Source of the DNA: an uncultured bacterium
Lineage (GTDB): Bacteria > Patescibacteriota > Dojkabacteria > J137
Direction of reading: 5' to 3'
Assembly (NCBI GenBank): GCA_963700155.1
Contig: OY969472.1
Location: forward strand, 680,690-744,689
Length of the DNA: 64,000 nucleotides
Shown here: positions 17,854-26,803 of the stretch, in pieces
Position numbering within the stretch: position 1 is the first letter of the stretch
Layout: the number at the start of each line of letters is the position of its first letter
Position numbers and translations under genes: made by a program
The notes under the pieces: generated by a model
Databases searched by the model: none
What the model was told of the DNA's origin: nothing
What the model saw: the letters and a program-made list of their open reading frames with translations, nothing else

Positions 17854-18510
17854 TTATAACTGCTGCATTATATCATTAATATCCAACTTTACACCAGCAC
17901 CCATTGTAGGGGAGAGTGTAATTTTCTTAAATGGACTTGATACGAGTTTTTTACTCTCTGTTAATACTGATTTTAATACTGCAATAACATTTTCCGAAAT
18001 TTTATCAGTATCCATATCCACTTTTGCGACTTTTAATCTGATAACACCTTGGTCCTGGGCAGCTTTAAAGTTTAATCTTCCTGCTTTAAAACTTTTTACT
18101 GTCTTAGCAATATCATTTGTGATAGTTCCATTCTTTGGATTAGGCATTAATCCCTTTGGACCCAAAACTCTTGCAATTCTAGCAATCTTTGGCATTACTG
18201 ATGGAGTAGCGATTACAACATCAAAACCTGTGTAACCCTTTTCTATTTCTGCAATTAAATCATCAACTCCAGCTTTAGTAGCTCCAGCTTCTAATGCTGC
18301 TTTCGAATCTTTCTCTTCACAAAATACAATAACTTTTTTGTCATCTCCCATTGAATTTGGAAGATTTACGCTTCCTCTAATTGTTTCTTTTTTTTGTTTA
18401 TCTCTTAGATTAAGCAATATATCAATATTCACACTACCTACAAACTTTGTTTTAGAAGAGCTTTTAACAAACTCAACTGCATCTTTTAAATTCATCGTTT
18501 CCTTTGCCAC
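17854..18510 (-). CDS. rplA: 50S ribosomal protein L1
   Basis: IRGSVNLP, LGPKGLMPNPKNGT, SPTMGAG. Confidence 0.96.
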   Translation of the reverse strand: MAKETMNLKDAVEFVKSSSKTKFVGSVNIDILLNLRDKQKKETIRGSVNLPNSMGDDKKVIVFCEEKDSKAALEAGATKAGVDDLIAEIEKGYTGFDVVIATPSVMPKIARIARVLGPKGLMPNPKNGTITNDIAKTVKSFKAGRLNFKAAQDQGVIRLKVAKVDMDTDKISENVIAVLKSVLTESKKLVSSPFKKITLSPTMGAGVKLDINDIMQQL

Positions 18511-18533
18511 AATATTTATCCTAAAATTTAATA

Positions 18534-18959
18534 TTAATCAGTAACTTCGATTCCTAAAGATTTCGCTGTTCCTTCAACAATTTTAATAGCAGAATCAATT
18601 TTTTTAGTATTGAAATCTGGCATTTTTCTTTCAGCAATCTCTTTTAAATCATTTCTTTTTACTTTTGCTATTTTATCTTTGTTTGGAGTAGCAGATCCCT
18701 TCTCAAGATTTAACTTCTTTTTGAGCATTCCTGTAACTGTTGGTTGTTTTAAAACCATTTTATAACTTCGATCTTTAAATACTGTCACTACAACAGGAAT
18801 TTCAAAATCCCCCATATCAGCTGTCTTTGAGTTAAACTCAGTACAAAATTGCTGAATGTTTATACCATTCTGACCCAAGATTGGACCTATTGGTGGGGCA
18901 GGATTAGCTTTCCCAGCATGAATTTGTAATTTTAATATTCCACTTATTTCTTTTGCCAT
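18534..18959 (-). CDS. rplK: 50S ribosomal protein L11
   Basis: GKANPAPPIGPILGQNGINI. Confidence 0.97.
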   Translation of the reverse strand: MAKEISGILKLQIHAGKANPAPPIGPILGQNGINIQQFCTEFNSKTADMGDFEIPVVVTVFKDRSYKMVLKQPTVTGMLKKKLNLEKGSATPNKDKIAKVKRNDLKEIAERKMPDFNTKKIDSAIKIVEGTAKSLGIEVTD

Positions 18960-18991
18960 TTTCTTTTCTTAATATATTAATAAATCTTTGA

Positions 18992-19594
18992 TTAAATCTT
19001 AGTAACTTGTAAAAAGTCTAACTGTACAGGTGTTTCTCTATCAAAAATTGATAACAATACCGTAACCTGTCCTTTACTCTCATTAACTTCTTTAACTGTT
19101 CCGACAAAGTCTTTGAAAGGTCCATCTGATACTTTTACAGCATCATTGATACTGAATTTAGAATCAAATACAGGAGATTGTTTTACTTGAGTAAATGCCA
19201 AAATACCTTCTGCTTCAGTATCGCTTAGTGCAGTAGGAGTTTTAGAAGTTGCTGTCATTCCTATAAATCCTTGGACACCCTCTGTGTTTCTAATAATATG
19301 AAGTGTGTCATCGTTAGCAACCATTCTTACTAAAATATATCCTGGGAAGATTCTTTCTTCGATAGTTTGCTTTTTTCCTCTTTTGATTATGATTTTCTCT
19401 TGAGTTGGAACAACAACATCTGTAATTAAATCTTCCATGTTATTTGCTTTAACTCTTTGATTAATCAATTGAGCTGTTTTATTTTCTTTTCCTGAACTTG
19501 ATGTAACAATATACCATCTATGATTATCTTTAGATGGAGTAGTGACTTTTTTTTCTTCTTTTGTTTCAGAGGACTTAATTTCTTTGTCTTCCAT
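18992..19594 (-). CDS. nusG: Transcription termination/antitermination factor NusG
   Basis: RWYIV, IFPGYILV, KOW motif DGPFKDFVG, FDRETPV. Confidence 0.96.
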   Translation of the reverse strand: MEDKEIKSSETKEEKKVTTPSKDNHRWYIVTSSSGKENKTAQLINQRVKANNMEDLITDVVVPTQEKIIIKRGKKQTIEERIFPGYILVRMVANDDTLHIIRNTEGVQGFIGMTATSKTPTALSDTEAEGILAFTQVKQSPVFDSKFSINDAVKVSDGPFKDFVGTVKEVNESKGQVTVLLSIFDRETPVQLDFLQVTKI

Positions 19595-19606
19595 TTTTTA
19601 TTTTAT

Positions 19607-19810
19607 TTATATAATTAAATTTCTTATTAATAAGAATCCTTTATCTAATGCTAGAATAATAAGAGCGCTTACAATAAGAACAACGAGTATAATTACTGTA
19701 TACTTTATTGTCTGTTTTCTACTTAACCAGACAACATTTTTTAATTCTTCAAAAGTTAATTTTATAAAATTAACAATTTGATCCGGTATAGATAAAATCT
19801 TTTTTAACAA
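19607..19810 (-). CDS. secE: Preprotein translocase subunit SecE
   Basis: ELKNVVWLS plus one TM helix; lies between tRNA-Trp and nusG; TTG start. Confidence 0.9.
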   Translation of the reverse strand: MLKKILSIPDQIVNFIKLTFEELKNVVWLSRKQTIKYTVIILVVLIVSALIILALDKGFLLIRNLII

Positions 19811-19843
19811 ATTTTTTATTTAATATTTATTTAATGTTCTTAA

Positions 19844-19918
19844 TGGCAGGGCCACTAGGGCTCGAACCTAGGCGAAGGGTTTTGGAGACCCTCATGCTAC
19901 CAACTACATCATAGCCCT
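19844..19918 (-). tRNA. tRNA-Trp(CCA), 3'-CCA encoded
   Basis: AGGGCTA...GAGGGT-CTCCAAA-ACCCT...GGTTCGAGCCC...TGGCCCT-G-CCA; canonical position upstream of secE. Confidence 0.93.
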
Positions 19919-19936
19919 TTAAAGTGGCCTTGATTA

Positions 19937-20122
19937 TTACTTTACTTTCTTAATTAACTTGAAAGGTAAATGTTTCCTTTCCTTTCTACTATATTTCATT
20001 ACAACTTTATCATTCAACTTATCAACAGCTTCTTTAGAGAGTCTAATTGTATAATGTTCTCCAGTTTCACTATTATAGAATCTGAATACATTTTGTTTTT
20101 TCTTCTTTGTTGACTTAGCCAT
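19937..20122 (-). CDS. rpmG: 50S ribosomal protein L33 (divergent, Cys-less)
   Basis: SETGEHYT...MKYSRKERKH pattern; synteny rpmG-trnW-secE. Confidence 0.8.
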   Translation of the reverse strand: MAKSTKKKKQNVFRFYNSETGEHYTIRLSKEAVDKLNDKVVMKYSRKERKHLPFKLIKKVK

Positions 20123-20265
20123 ATTTTAATATCGATTTTTAATTTATATATTATACAAGATTGGGGACTAAATATGCTATAAAACTGAATATTAAACGGG
20201 TTTAATTTCAGCAGGTAATTATAAACCATAAGGGCATTCTATTTCAATACCAAATTGATATTTTA

Positions 20266-21150
20266 TTATTTTGCACTTTCTTCCATATAAGTTCCATTTT
20301 GTGTTGAAAGTTGGATAAGCTCTCCATCAGTTTGAATCTTAATCCTTCCATCCTCATCTGTTCTGTAAATGTTAAGATTTGCATCCTCTAAAAGCTTCAT
20401 TGTTTCTGAATTTGGGTGATGATAAGGATTATTATTCCCCACAGAAATAGCTGCAATCTTTATATGTGTTAAATCTAAAAATTCAGAACTTGTTGAGCTC
20501 TTACTGCCATGGTGTCCAACTTTCAACACATCAATACTTTTGTCTTTAAGATCATAAAGTGATTTTACTTCGTTAACTTTCCCAAGGTCACCAGCAGAAT
20601 AGAGTTCAAAATCTTTGTATTCAATCACAACACCAATTGAAGTTTGATTAACATCATCTTTGTATTTGTCTAATTCTAAAGTATCTGGCCAGACTATGTT
20701 AAAAATCACCTCTCCTATTTTGAAGTCATTATTTTGAGTAACAGAGTAGACTTTAGTATTATTAAGTTTTTTCAACTTGTTAATTATTGAATTATAAATT
20801 TCTGTTTCTTTAGGGACCTTTTCAATAAAGACATTTTTTATTTGATACTTTTCAAAAATACTCAAAAAACCCTCTACATGATCTGCATCTGGATGAGTTA
20901 GAATTATAAAATCAAAAGTATTCACATAAAAAGGTAGAGTATTTGATAATTCTTCCATAACTTTATTCCCTCTTCCTGCATCAATCAATCCATAGTTATT
21001 ATCAGGTGTTTTAATTAAAATTGAATCTCCTTGCCCTATATTTAAAACAGTTACTTCAAGATCGTTAGAAGAGTGGTCTTTCTCTAAAAATAATGAAATA
21101 TTAAAAATTAATAAGAATGCAACGATTAATATAAAAATTTTTCTATTCAT
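20266..21150 (-). CDS. ComEC metallo-beta-lactamase domain as a separate protein
   Basis: NIGQGDS, THPDADH, GD, LKVGHHGS, NPYHHP, YRTDEDG; N-terminal signal/TM. Confidence 0.9.
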   Translation of the reverse strand: MNRKIFILIVAFLLIFNISLFLEKDHSSNDLEVTVLNIGQGDSILIKTPDNNYGLIDAGRGNKVMEELSNTLPFYVNTFDFIILTHPDADHVEGFLSIFEKYQIKNVFIEKVPKETEIYNSIINKLKKLNNTKVYSVTQNNDFKIGEVIFNIVWPDTLELDKYKDDVNQTSIGVVIEYKDFELYSAGDLGKVNEVKSLYDLKDKSIDVLKVGHHGSKSSTSSEFLDLTHIKIAAISVGNNNPYHHPNSETMKLLEDANLNIYRTDEDGRIKIQTDGELIQLSTQNGTYMEESAK

Positions 21151-22588
21151 TTTTAGACGTTAATTTATAATTTGCAGTTTTCTTTTTGTTATAGATAAGT
21201 AATAAAATTACTGGGGTAAGAATAGCTATAAAATAAATCAAAGCTATTCTAGAGTCACTACTTTGTGATATTTCAAGTGATCCAACTTTATTTATAAAAA
21301 GAATTACTAATTTTAATAAATTATTTATTATCATAAATAACTGGTGGCTTAATAAGGTTATATTTAAGATCTGAAGTAAAATTGCACTGATTGACAATAC
21401 AGTTATTAATGGGATTAAGGGTAATATAACTATATTGGCTATAATAGCTAATATAGAGATACTACCGAATTGTAAGTAGGTAAGGGGTAATGTAAAGATC
21501 AAAACTGAAATTGTTGTTATCAATATTTCTGTTAGTAAATTTTTTACTCGTATTTTCTCGAGAATTTTTATTAACTTTCCTGCAAGTAGAAAAAGAGCAA
21601 GACTAGCCAGTAAGGAAAGTTGAAAACTTATGTTAAATAAATAGAAAGGACATAATACTAATAATATGATTGTTGATAAAGTGATTGCGTAAATTGGATC
21701 TAATCTTCTTCCAATAAGTATACTTGCAATTATAATAAGTAACATTATTGAAGCTCTAGCAGTTGGGAGATTATAAAACCCTACTAGATTCCAGAAAAGG
21801 AAGATTAATATTCCAGCAATGAGTAAAGTTATTTTTCTATTAATAAATTTTGTGAAGTATAGTAGCCCTATGAAGATTATTCCCACATTATAACCAGAAA
21901 CACTTGTTATATGGCTTAATCCAGAATTCTTTATATTATTTTTTAACTCATCTGAAAATCCATTATCATCTCCAATTATTAAGCCTTTGTCTAAGGAGGT
22001 CTGAGGCTCAGTTAAGTTTTCAGAAATGATTTGTGAAATACTATGATTTACTTTGCTTAATAAAGATTCAAATTTATATTGATAACTTTGAACTTGTATA
22101 ACCTCTGGATTCTTTAATTCTAAAGAAATATTTCTAGATTTCAAATATAGTAATCTATCAAAGTTCTCGTATTGTTCAGGTATATTTAATGTTCCTTTAA
22201 CTGTAATTTCATCTCCTGTTTTTAAATTGTTATATTTACTTAACTCAGTAATAATATTTGTACTAAAGTTTGTTTGAGGTTTAAATACTATTTCAGAATA
22301 ATAATCTTTCACATTTGGATCTTGTATAATTTCACCAGTTATTTGAACTTCTTTATTCTCAAAATTATGAATATCTTTGCTAAACAAGCTTTCCCAGTAA
22401 AATGTATATAAACTCCCAATAATTAATGCAAAAATAAATAGTAGATAAAACTTTCTTGCATAGACTATTACAAGAATTATAAGCAATAATAATATTGTTT
22501 TTCCAATATCAAATTGAGTTAAAATGATTCCTAATAGTAAACCAGCAAATATTTGATAAATTTTTGTGTTTTTAAAAGTTTTTAACAT
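21143..22588 (-). CDS. comEC: ComEC/Rec2 competence channel (OB plus Competence domains)
   Basis: SGLSHITSVSGYNV, ARASIM, SFQLS, ANI motifs; multiple TM helices. Confidence 0.9.
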   Translation of the reverse strand: MLKTFKNTKIYQIFAGLLLGIILTQFDIGKTILLLLIILVIVYARKFYLLFIFALIIGSLYTFYWESLFSKDIHNFENKEVQITGEIIQDPNVKDYYSEIVFKPQTNFSTNIITELSKYNNLKTGDEITVKGTLNIPEQYENFDRLLYLKSRNISLELKNPEVIQVQSYQYKFESLLSKVNHSISQIISENLTEPQTSLDKGLIIGDDNGFSDELKNNIKNSGLSHITSVSGYNVGIIFIGLLYFTKFINRKITLLIAGILIFLFWNLVGFYNLPTARASIMLLIIIASILIGRRLDPIYAITLSTIILLVLCPFYLFNISFQLSLLASLALFLLAGKLIKILEKIRVKNLLTEILITTISVLIFTLPLTYLQFGSISILAIIANIVILPLIPLITVLSISAILLQILNITLLSHQLFMIINNLLKLVILFINKVGSLEISQSSDSRIALIYFIAILTPVILLLIYNKKKTANYKLTSKNE

Positions 22589-23166
22589 TATTGTTCCACA
22601 GTAATTAGATCCTTTATTTGATTATATTTACTGTCTCCAATTCCTGAAACATTTTTTATATCTTCAATGTTTGAGAAAGGTCTTGATTGAATTATTTTCT
22701 TTGCAGTAGAAGGCCCAATACCAGGAAGAGTATCTAGTTCTTCTGACGTTGCATTATTAATATTTATCTTGTCTCCTGTGTTTGTCTGAGAGGTAGCATT
22801 GCTTGATACTTGTTTGTTTGGAATGAAAATATGATCTGAATCTTTAACTATGCTTGAAAGGTTAAGTGTTTTATTAATATAATCTTGATCAGCTTCTTTA
22901 GTTAATCCTCCAGCGAGATTTATCAGTTCTAAAAGAGTAGTATTATCATTTCTTAGTTCATAGACACCAGGTTTGGAAATTTCACCAGATATGTAAGCAA
23001 ATTTCTTAAAGATATAATCTTGAACAGGAGGATCTTTAATAAAAGTTAATGTATTAGTTTCCGTAATTGTTTCATCTAAAGTTGTTTTTAGGTTAAGGAA
23101 AGAAAAAATTAATAATATTAATAGAAATATAAGTTTTAATGTAAGAATAGCGTTTTTCTTAGACAT
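22588..23166 (-). CDS. comEA: Competence DNA receptor ComEA
   Basis: TM helix; SLBB (ISGEISKPGVYEL); HhH (ININNAT...LPGIGPSTA...VSGIG). Confidence 0.93.
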   Translation of the reverse strand: MSKKNAILTLKLIFLLILLIFSFLNLKTTLDETITETNTLTFIKDPPVQDYIFKKFAYISGEISKPGVYELRNDNTTLLELINLAGGLTKEADQDYINKTLNLSSIVKDSDHIFIPNKQVSSNATSQTNTGDKININNATSEELDTLPGIGPSTAKKIIQSRPFSNIEDIKNVSGIGDSKYNQIKDLITVEQ

Positions 23167-23231
23167 ATTTTTTGAAGTTTAAAGACTAAGAAATTTTAGT
23201 TAGTAATTCTTACAAATTCATTACAAAAGTA

Positions 23232-23987
23232 CTATTTTGTTACGATTTTAATATCCTCAATCTTTATTGGTGTAAGAGGTTTAGCGTTATTGGAGTTTGA
23301 ATCATCCACAGGTATATTAGAGATTTTATCGATTATATTTTCTCCTTCAATTACCTTTCCAATAACTGTGTATTTACCCTGCATAAGGTTTAATCTAGGA
23401 TCATTGCTTTCTGCTAAGACTATAAAAAACTGTGAGCTATTAGTATCAGGACCATTATTTGCCATGGCTAGCGAATATTTTTCTAATCTTTTTGAAGAAA
23501 GATCTGTATTATCTGTGTATCCTTGCGACTTAAGTTGATTAATTTGATCCTCACTTAAATTTAAACTTTCCCAGTTGACTTCATCTTGAATATAATATGA
23601 TGTTTTTCCATATCCATCGTCATTTGCATCATCATTCAGTGTATTTCTATCTCCACCTTGTATTAATAAATCCGGAATCATTCTATGAAAGTAGACTCCA
23701 TCATAATATCCTTGCTCTGAAAGGTAGACGAAATTATTAACATTCTTAGGAGCAGATTCTCTATAAAGTTCTACTGTGAAGTTACCTTCTGATGTTGAAA
23801 ATTGAGCAGAGTAGTTTAATCCTGATTGAGTATAATCCTCATTTGGCTTTTGAAGTAGAGCATATTTATCGAATGAGATTTTATTGAATATTCTAGGGAT
23901 AAATACATCTTTAGCAAAGAGCACAAGTATTCCAAAGAATATTAAACTTCCTATTAGATATATCCAATTTGGATTAAGCTTCTTCAT
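23232..23987 (-). CDS. Membrane-anchored cyclophilin-type peptidyl-prolyl isomerase
   Basis: APKNVNNF, FHRMIPDLLIQGGD, LAMANNGPDTNSSQFFI. Confidence 0.92.
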   Translation of the reverse strand: MKKLNPNWIYLIGSLIFFGILVLFAKDVFIPRIFNKISFDKYALLQKPNEDYTQSGLNYSAQFSTSEGNFTVELYRESAPKNVNNFVYLSEQGYYDGVYFHRMIPDLLIQGGDRNTLNDDANDDGYGKTSYYIQDEVNWESLNLSEDQINQLKSQGYTDNTDLSSKRLEKYSLAMANNGPDTNSSQFFIVLAESNDPRLNLMQGKYTVIGKVIEGENIIDKISNIPVDDSNSNNAKPLTPIKIEDIKIVTK

Positions 23988-24024
23988 GCTAATTATTACC
24001 TATTTATTATCAGTTAAATAGTGA

Positions 24025-24729
24025 TTATGATAATTTTTGCCTTAAATCCTCTCCTATAATAATTCCGGCCGCAACTGACATATTTAGTGAGTTTGTTTCT
24101 CCAAACTGTGGAATTTCTAAGATTCCATCACATCTGGACCTAACATTGTCTGTTAAACTCTTATCCTCACCACCAATAATATACAGGTTATTTAAAGATA
24201 AGTCATATTCAAAATATTTTTTTCCAACTCTTTCAATACCATAAATAAAAAATCCTTTTTCTCTGAATGATTTTATTGCTTGAAAAATCGGTATTTTTAT
24301 TATTGGTATAAAGAATACAGCCCCAGTAGATATTTTAGCTATTGTGGCTGTAATATCAATATTCTTAGGAAGAATCACACCTCCCATCCCTAAGCATTCA
24401 GCCGTTCTGATAATTGCCCCAATGTTATGTTCAAAACTAGCTTCTGAAATATAAATGAAAGATTTCTTATTTTGATTAAAATCTATTTCGTTTAACTTTG
24501 TTTCTTTAAATTGCACATCAGCTATAACGCCTTGGTGCTCATGAGATTTTACAAGAGAGGAGAGTCTGCTTTTGGAAACAAAATCAATTCTAACATTTGC
24601 TTTTTTTGCAGTATTTAAAATTCCTGAGATCTTTTCATCTTTGAAAATATTTTCTTCTAGAGTAATAGAGGTAACAACAAATTTGGAGTTTAAAGCTTGT
24701 GTGACTGTATTCCTTCCGTAAATAAGCAT
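24025..24729 (-). CDS. TrmH/SpoU-family RNA methyltransferase (RlmB-like)
   Basis: IYGRN, HQGV, NIGAIIRTA, GGE, SLNMSVAAGI. Confidence 0.9.
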   Translation of the reverse strand: MLIYGRNTVTQALNSKFVVTSITLEENIFKDEKISGILNTAKKANVRIDFVSKSRLSSLVKSHEHQGVIADVQFKETKLNEIDFNQNKKSFIYISEASFEHNIGAIIRTAECLGMGGVILPKNIDITATIAKISTGAVFFIPIIKIPIFQAIKSFREKGFFIYGIERVGKKYFEYDLSLNNLYIIGGEDKSLTDNVRSRCDGILEIPQFGETNSLNMSVAAGIIIGEDLRQKLS

Positions 24730-24750
24730 TATTGTAAGCTAAGGGTTAGA

Positions 24751-24981
24751 TTATCTTTCGATTTGTTTTCTAAGCTTTTTGTAGGCTTTCATTGAGATTT
24801 TGACCCTCTTAGTCTGGCCGTCAACTTCTAACTTAACCTTTCGTAAGTTTGGTTTCCATGTTCTTTTAGTATTTGGTGCTTTAAATGCCCAGACTCCGCT
24901 TCCTCCTGAAGCACCTCTCCTGTGCTTTTTGTTTCCACCGAAACTAGTTTTTCTTCCTGTTAATTCACATTCTCTTGACAT
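24751..24981 (-). CDS. rpmB: 50S ribosomal protein L28
   Basis: MSRECELTGRKT...TKRTWKPNL. Confidence 0.93.
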   Translation of the reverse strand: MSRECELTGRKTSFGGNKKHRRGASGGSGVWAFKAPNTKRTWKPNLRKVKLEVDGQTKRVKISMKAYKKLRKQIER

Positions 24982-25161
24982 ATTTTTATATTTAATTAAT
25001 TAATCTCAAAAACGCTGTGTAATTTTAATTTATTATTCTTATTTTTGCAAAGATTTGTTATACTTTCTGAGCATTTTTAGGGTTATTTTATTAAATTTAG
25101 CTTAAAAAGAGCTGGTTTTTAATAAATTTGGAACTTTTAAGTCTTAATTTGTTTCGAGAGA

Positions 25162-25234
25162 GCCGCCTTAGCTCAGTTGGTAGAGCAACTGTTTTGTAAA
25201 CAGTGGGTCGTCAGTTCGAATCTGACAGGCGGCT
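25162..25234 (+). tRNA. tRNA-Thr(TGT)
   Basis: GCCGCCT-TAGCTCAGTTGGTAGAGC-A-ACTGT-TTTGTAA-ACAGT...GTTCGAATC...AGGCGGC-T. Confidence 0.95.
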
Positions 25235-25295
25235 CTCTCGAAATTTTGATCATATGAGATTTAGTATTTAGAGAGTTTGTACTATAATTCTTTAT

Positions 25296-25379
25296 CCGGA
25301 GATGGCGGAGCGGTCAATCGCACCTGACTGTAAATCAGGCACCCTTAGGGTTACGGAGGTTCGAATCCTTCTCTCCGGA
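25296..25379 (+). tRNA. tRNA-Tyr(GTA), long variable arm, C1-G72
   Basis: CCGGAGA...CCTGA-CTGTAAA-TCAGG-CACCCTTAGGGTTAC-GGAGG-TTCGAAT-CCTTC-TCTCCGG-A. Confidence 0.95.
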
Positions 25380-25413
25380 ATTTTCTTTCCAAAATCAATA
25401 TTATCTAGGCTTT

Positions 25414-25486
25414 GCCGAGATAGCTCAGTTGGTAGAGCATACCCATGGTAAGGGTAAGGTCCCGGGTTCGACCCCCGGCCTCGGCT
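25414..25486 (+). tRNA. tRNA-Thr(GGT)
   Basis: GCCGAGA-TAGCTCAGTTGGTAGAGC-A-TACCC-ATGGTAA-GGGTA...GGTTCGACCC...CTCGGC-T. Confidence 0.93.
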
Positions 25487-25644
25487 TGTTACTAAAATGC
25501 TACGATTCATTAGAGCGTAAAACTTCTACCAAATAATCTTTCAAGGTATTGAACACTAAATAACTCACAATTAAAACTTCAAGTAATTAGTTTAAACTTT
25601 CTTATATATGAAAGAATTTTGTAAGAACTTAATCATAAAATCTC

Positions 25645-26718
25645 ATGATTAATTTAATTATTTTTATGAAGAGTAAAGAGTTTTATAAAAGATTTACTTT
25701 GGAACTTTCATTAACCAATGGTTTAGGTCCAGTTCGTTTTAAAAAGTTGTTGGAAAAGTTTCAGACGATAGAGAATCTATATAAAAACAGAAAAGTAATC
25801 AAAAACATAGACTATAAGTCTAAAATAGATAACTTAATTAACTTGGATAAAATAGATGTTAACTCGTATATATGCCTTTGGGAAGAGGAATACGCTTATA
25901 ATCTAAAACAAATCCCTGATCCTCCAATTGTACTCTTTTACAGGGGTGTTAAAAATTTACTCAGTAATAAATTTAATATTTCTATTGTTGGAAGTAGAAG
26001 AATGAGTTCGTATGGAAATAAAGTGGTTCATAATTTGGTACGAAGTTTAAAAGGTTCAAGTTTTAGTGTTGTGAGTGGAATGGCTAATGGTATTGATTCT
26101 TCTGCACATAGAGCATCTTTAGAAAATAATATTCCTACTATAGCAATATTAGCTTCTTCTGTAGATAATCCAACACCTTATAATAATACAAATCTATATG
26201 ATGAAATTTTAGCAAATGGAGGCTTAATTCTATCTGAAACATTTCCCGGAGTTGGAATTAATGAAGGATTTTTCCCAAGAAGAAATAGAATAATAGCAGG
26301 AATATCACTAGGAACTATTATTGTAGAAGCTGGAGAAAAAAGTGGAGCTTTAATTACAGCTAGAATGGCACAATCATATAGTAAAGATGTATTTGCCGTA
26401 CCTTCTAGTATAGATAATTTTTACAGCTACGGTTCGAATGCTTTAATTAAAGACAATAAGGCAAAGCTCATTCAAAACATCGATGATGTTTTGAATGAGC
26501 TTTCCATACACTTTGACATCGAAGATTATAATTATACAAGAGCTCTTAGTGAGTTTGAAAATGAGATTTATAATACACTAGAGTCTGAGCCAAGATTGCC
26601 AGAAGATATAGCTGATTGCTTAAAAAAGGATATTTCAGTTATAATTTCAAGTTGTAGTATTATGGAATTGAATGGTTTTATTTTTAAAAATGAACGAGGA
26701 CAATATTGTGTGAGTTAA
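25645..26718 (+). CDS. dprA: DNA-processing protein DprA (start may be 25666)
   Basis: IPDPPIVLF, IVGSR, VVSGMANGIDSSAH, FPRRNRIIAG, EAGEKSGALITA. Confidence 0.95.
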   Translation: MINLIIFMKSKEFYKRFTLELSLTNGLGPVRFKKLLEKFQTIENLYKNRKVIKNIDYKSKIDNLINLDKIDVNSYICLWEEEYAYNLKQIPDPPIVLFYRGVKNLLSNKFNISIVGSRRMSSYGNKVVHNLVRSLKGSSFSVVSGMANGIDSSAHRASLENNIPTIAILASSVDNPTPYNNTNLYDEILANGGLILSETFPGVGINEGFFPRRNRIIAGISLGTIIVEAGEKSGALITARMAQSYSKDVFAVPSSIDNFYSYGSNALIKDNKAKLIQNIDDVLNELSIHFDIEDYNYTRALSEFENEIYNTLESEPRLPEDIADCLKKDISVIISSCSIMELNGFIFKNERGQYCVS

Positions 26719-26803
26719 GATTTTTATCTCAAATCTTAGTCTTCTAGTAATATAAATCATTTTTCTGTTAATATAGATAATTGTAACTTTTTAATAATAA
26801 TTA

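Noticed and set aside
25292-25510. 72-aa minus-strand ORF
   Set aside because: Antisense to tRNA-Tyr and tRNA-Thr; a shadow ORF.
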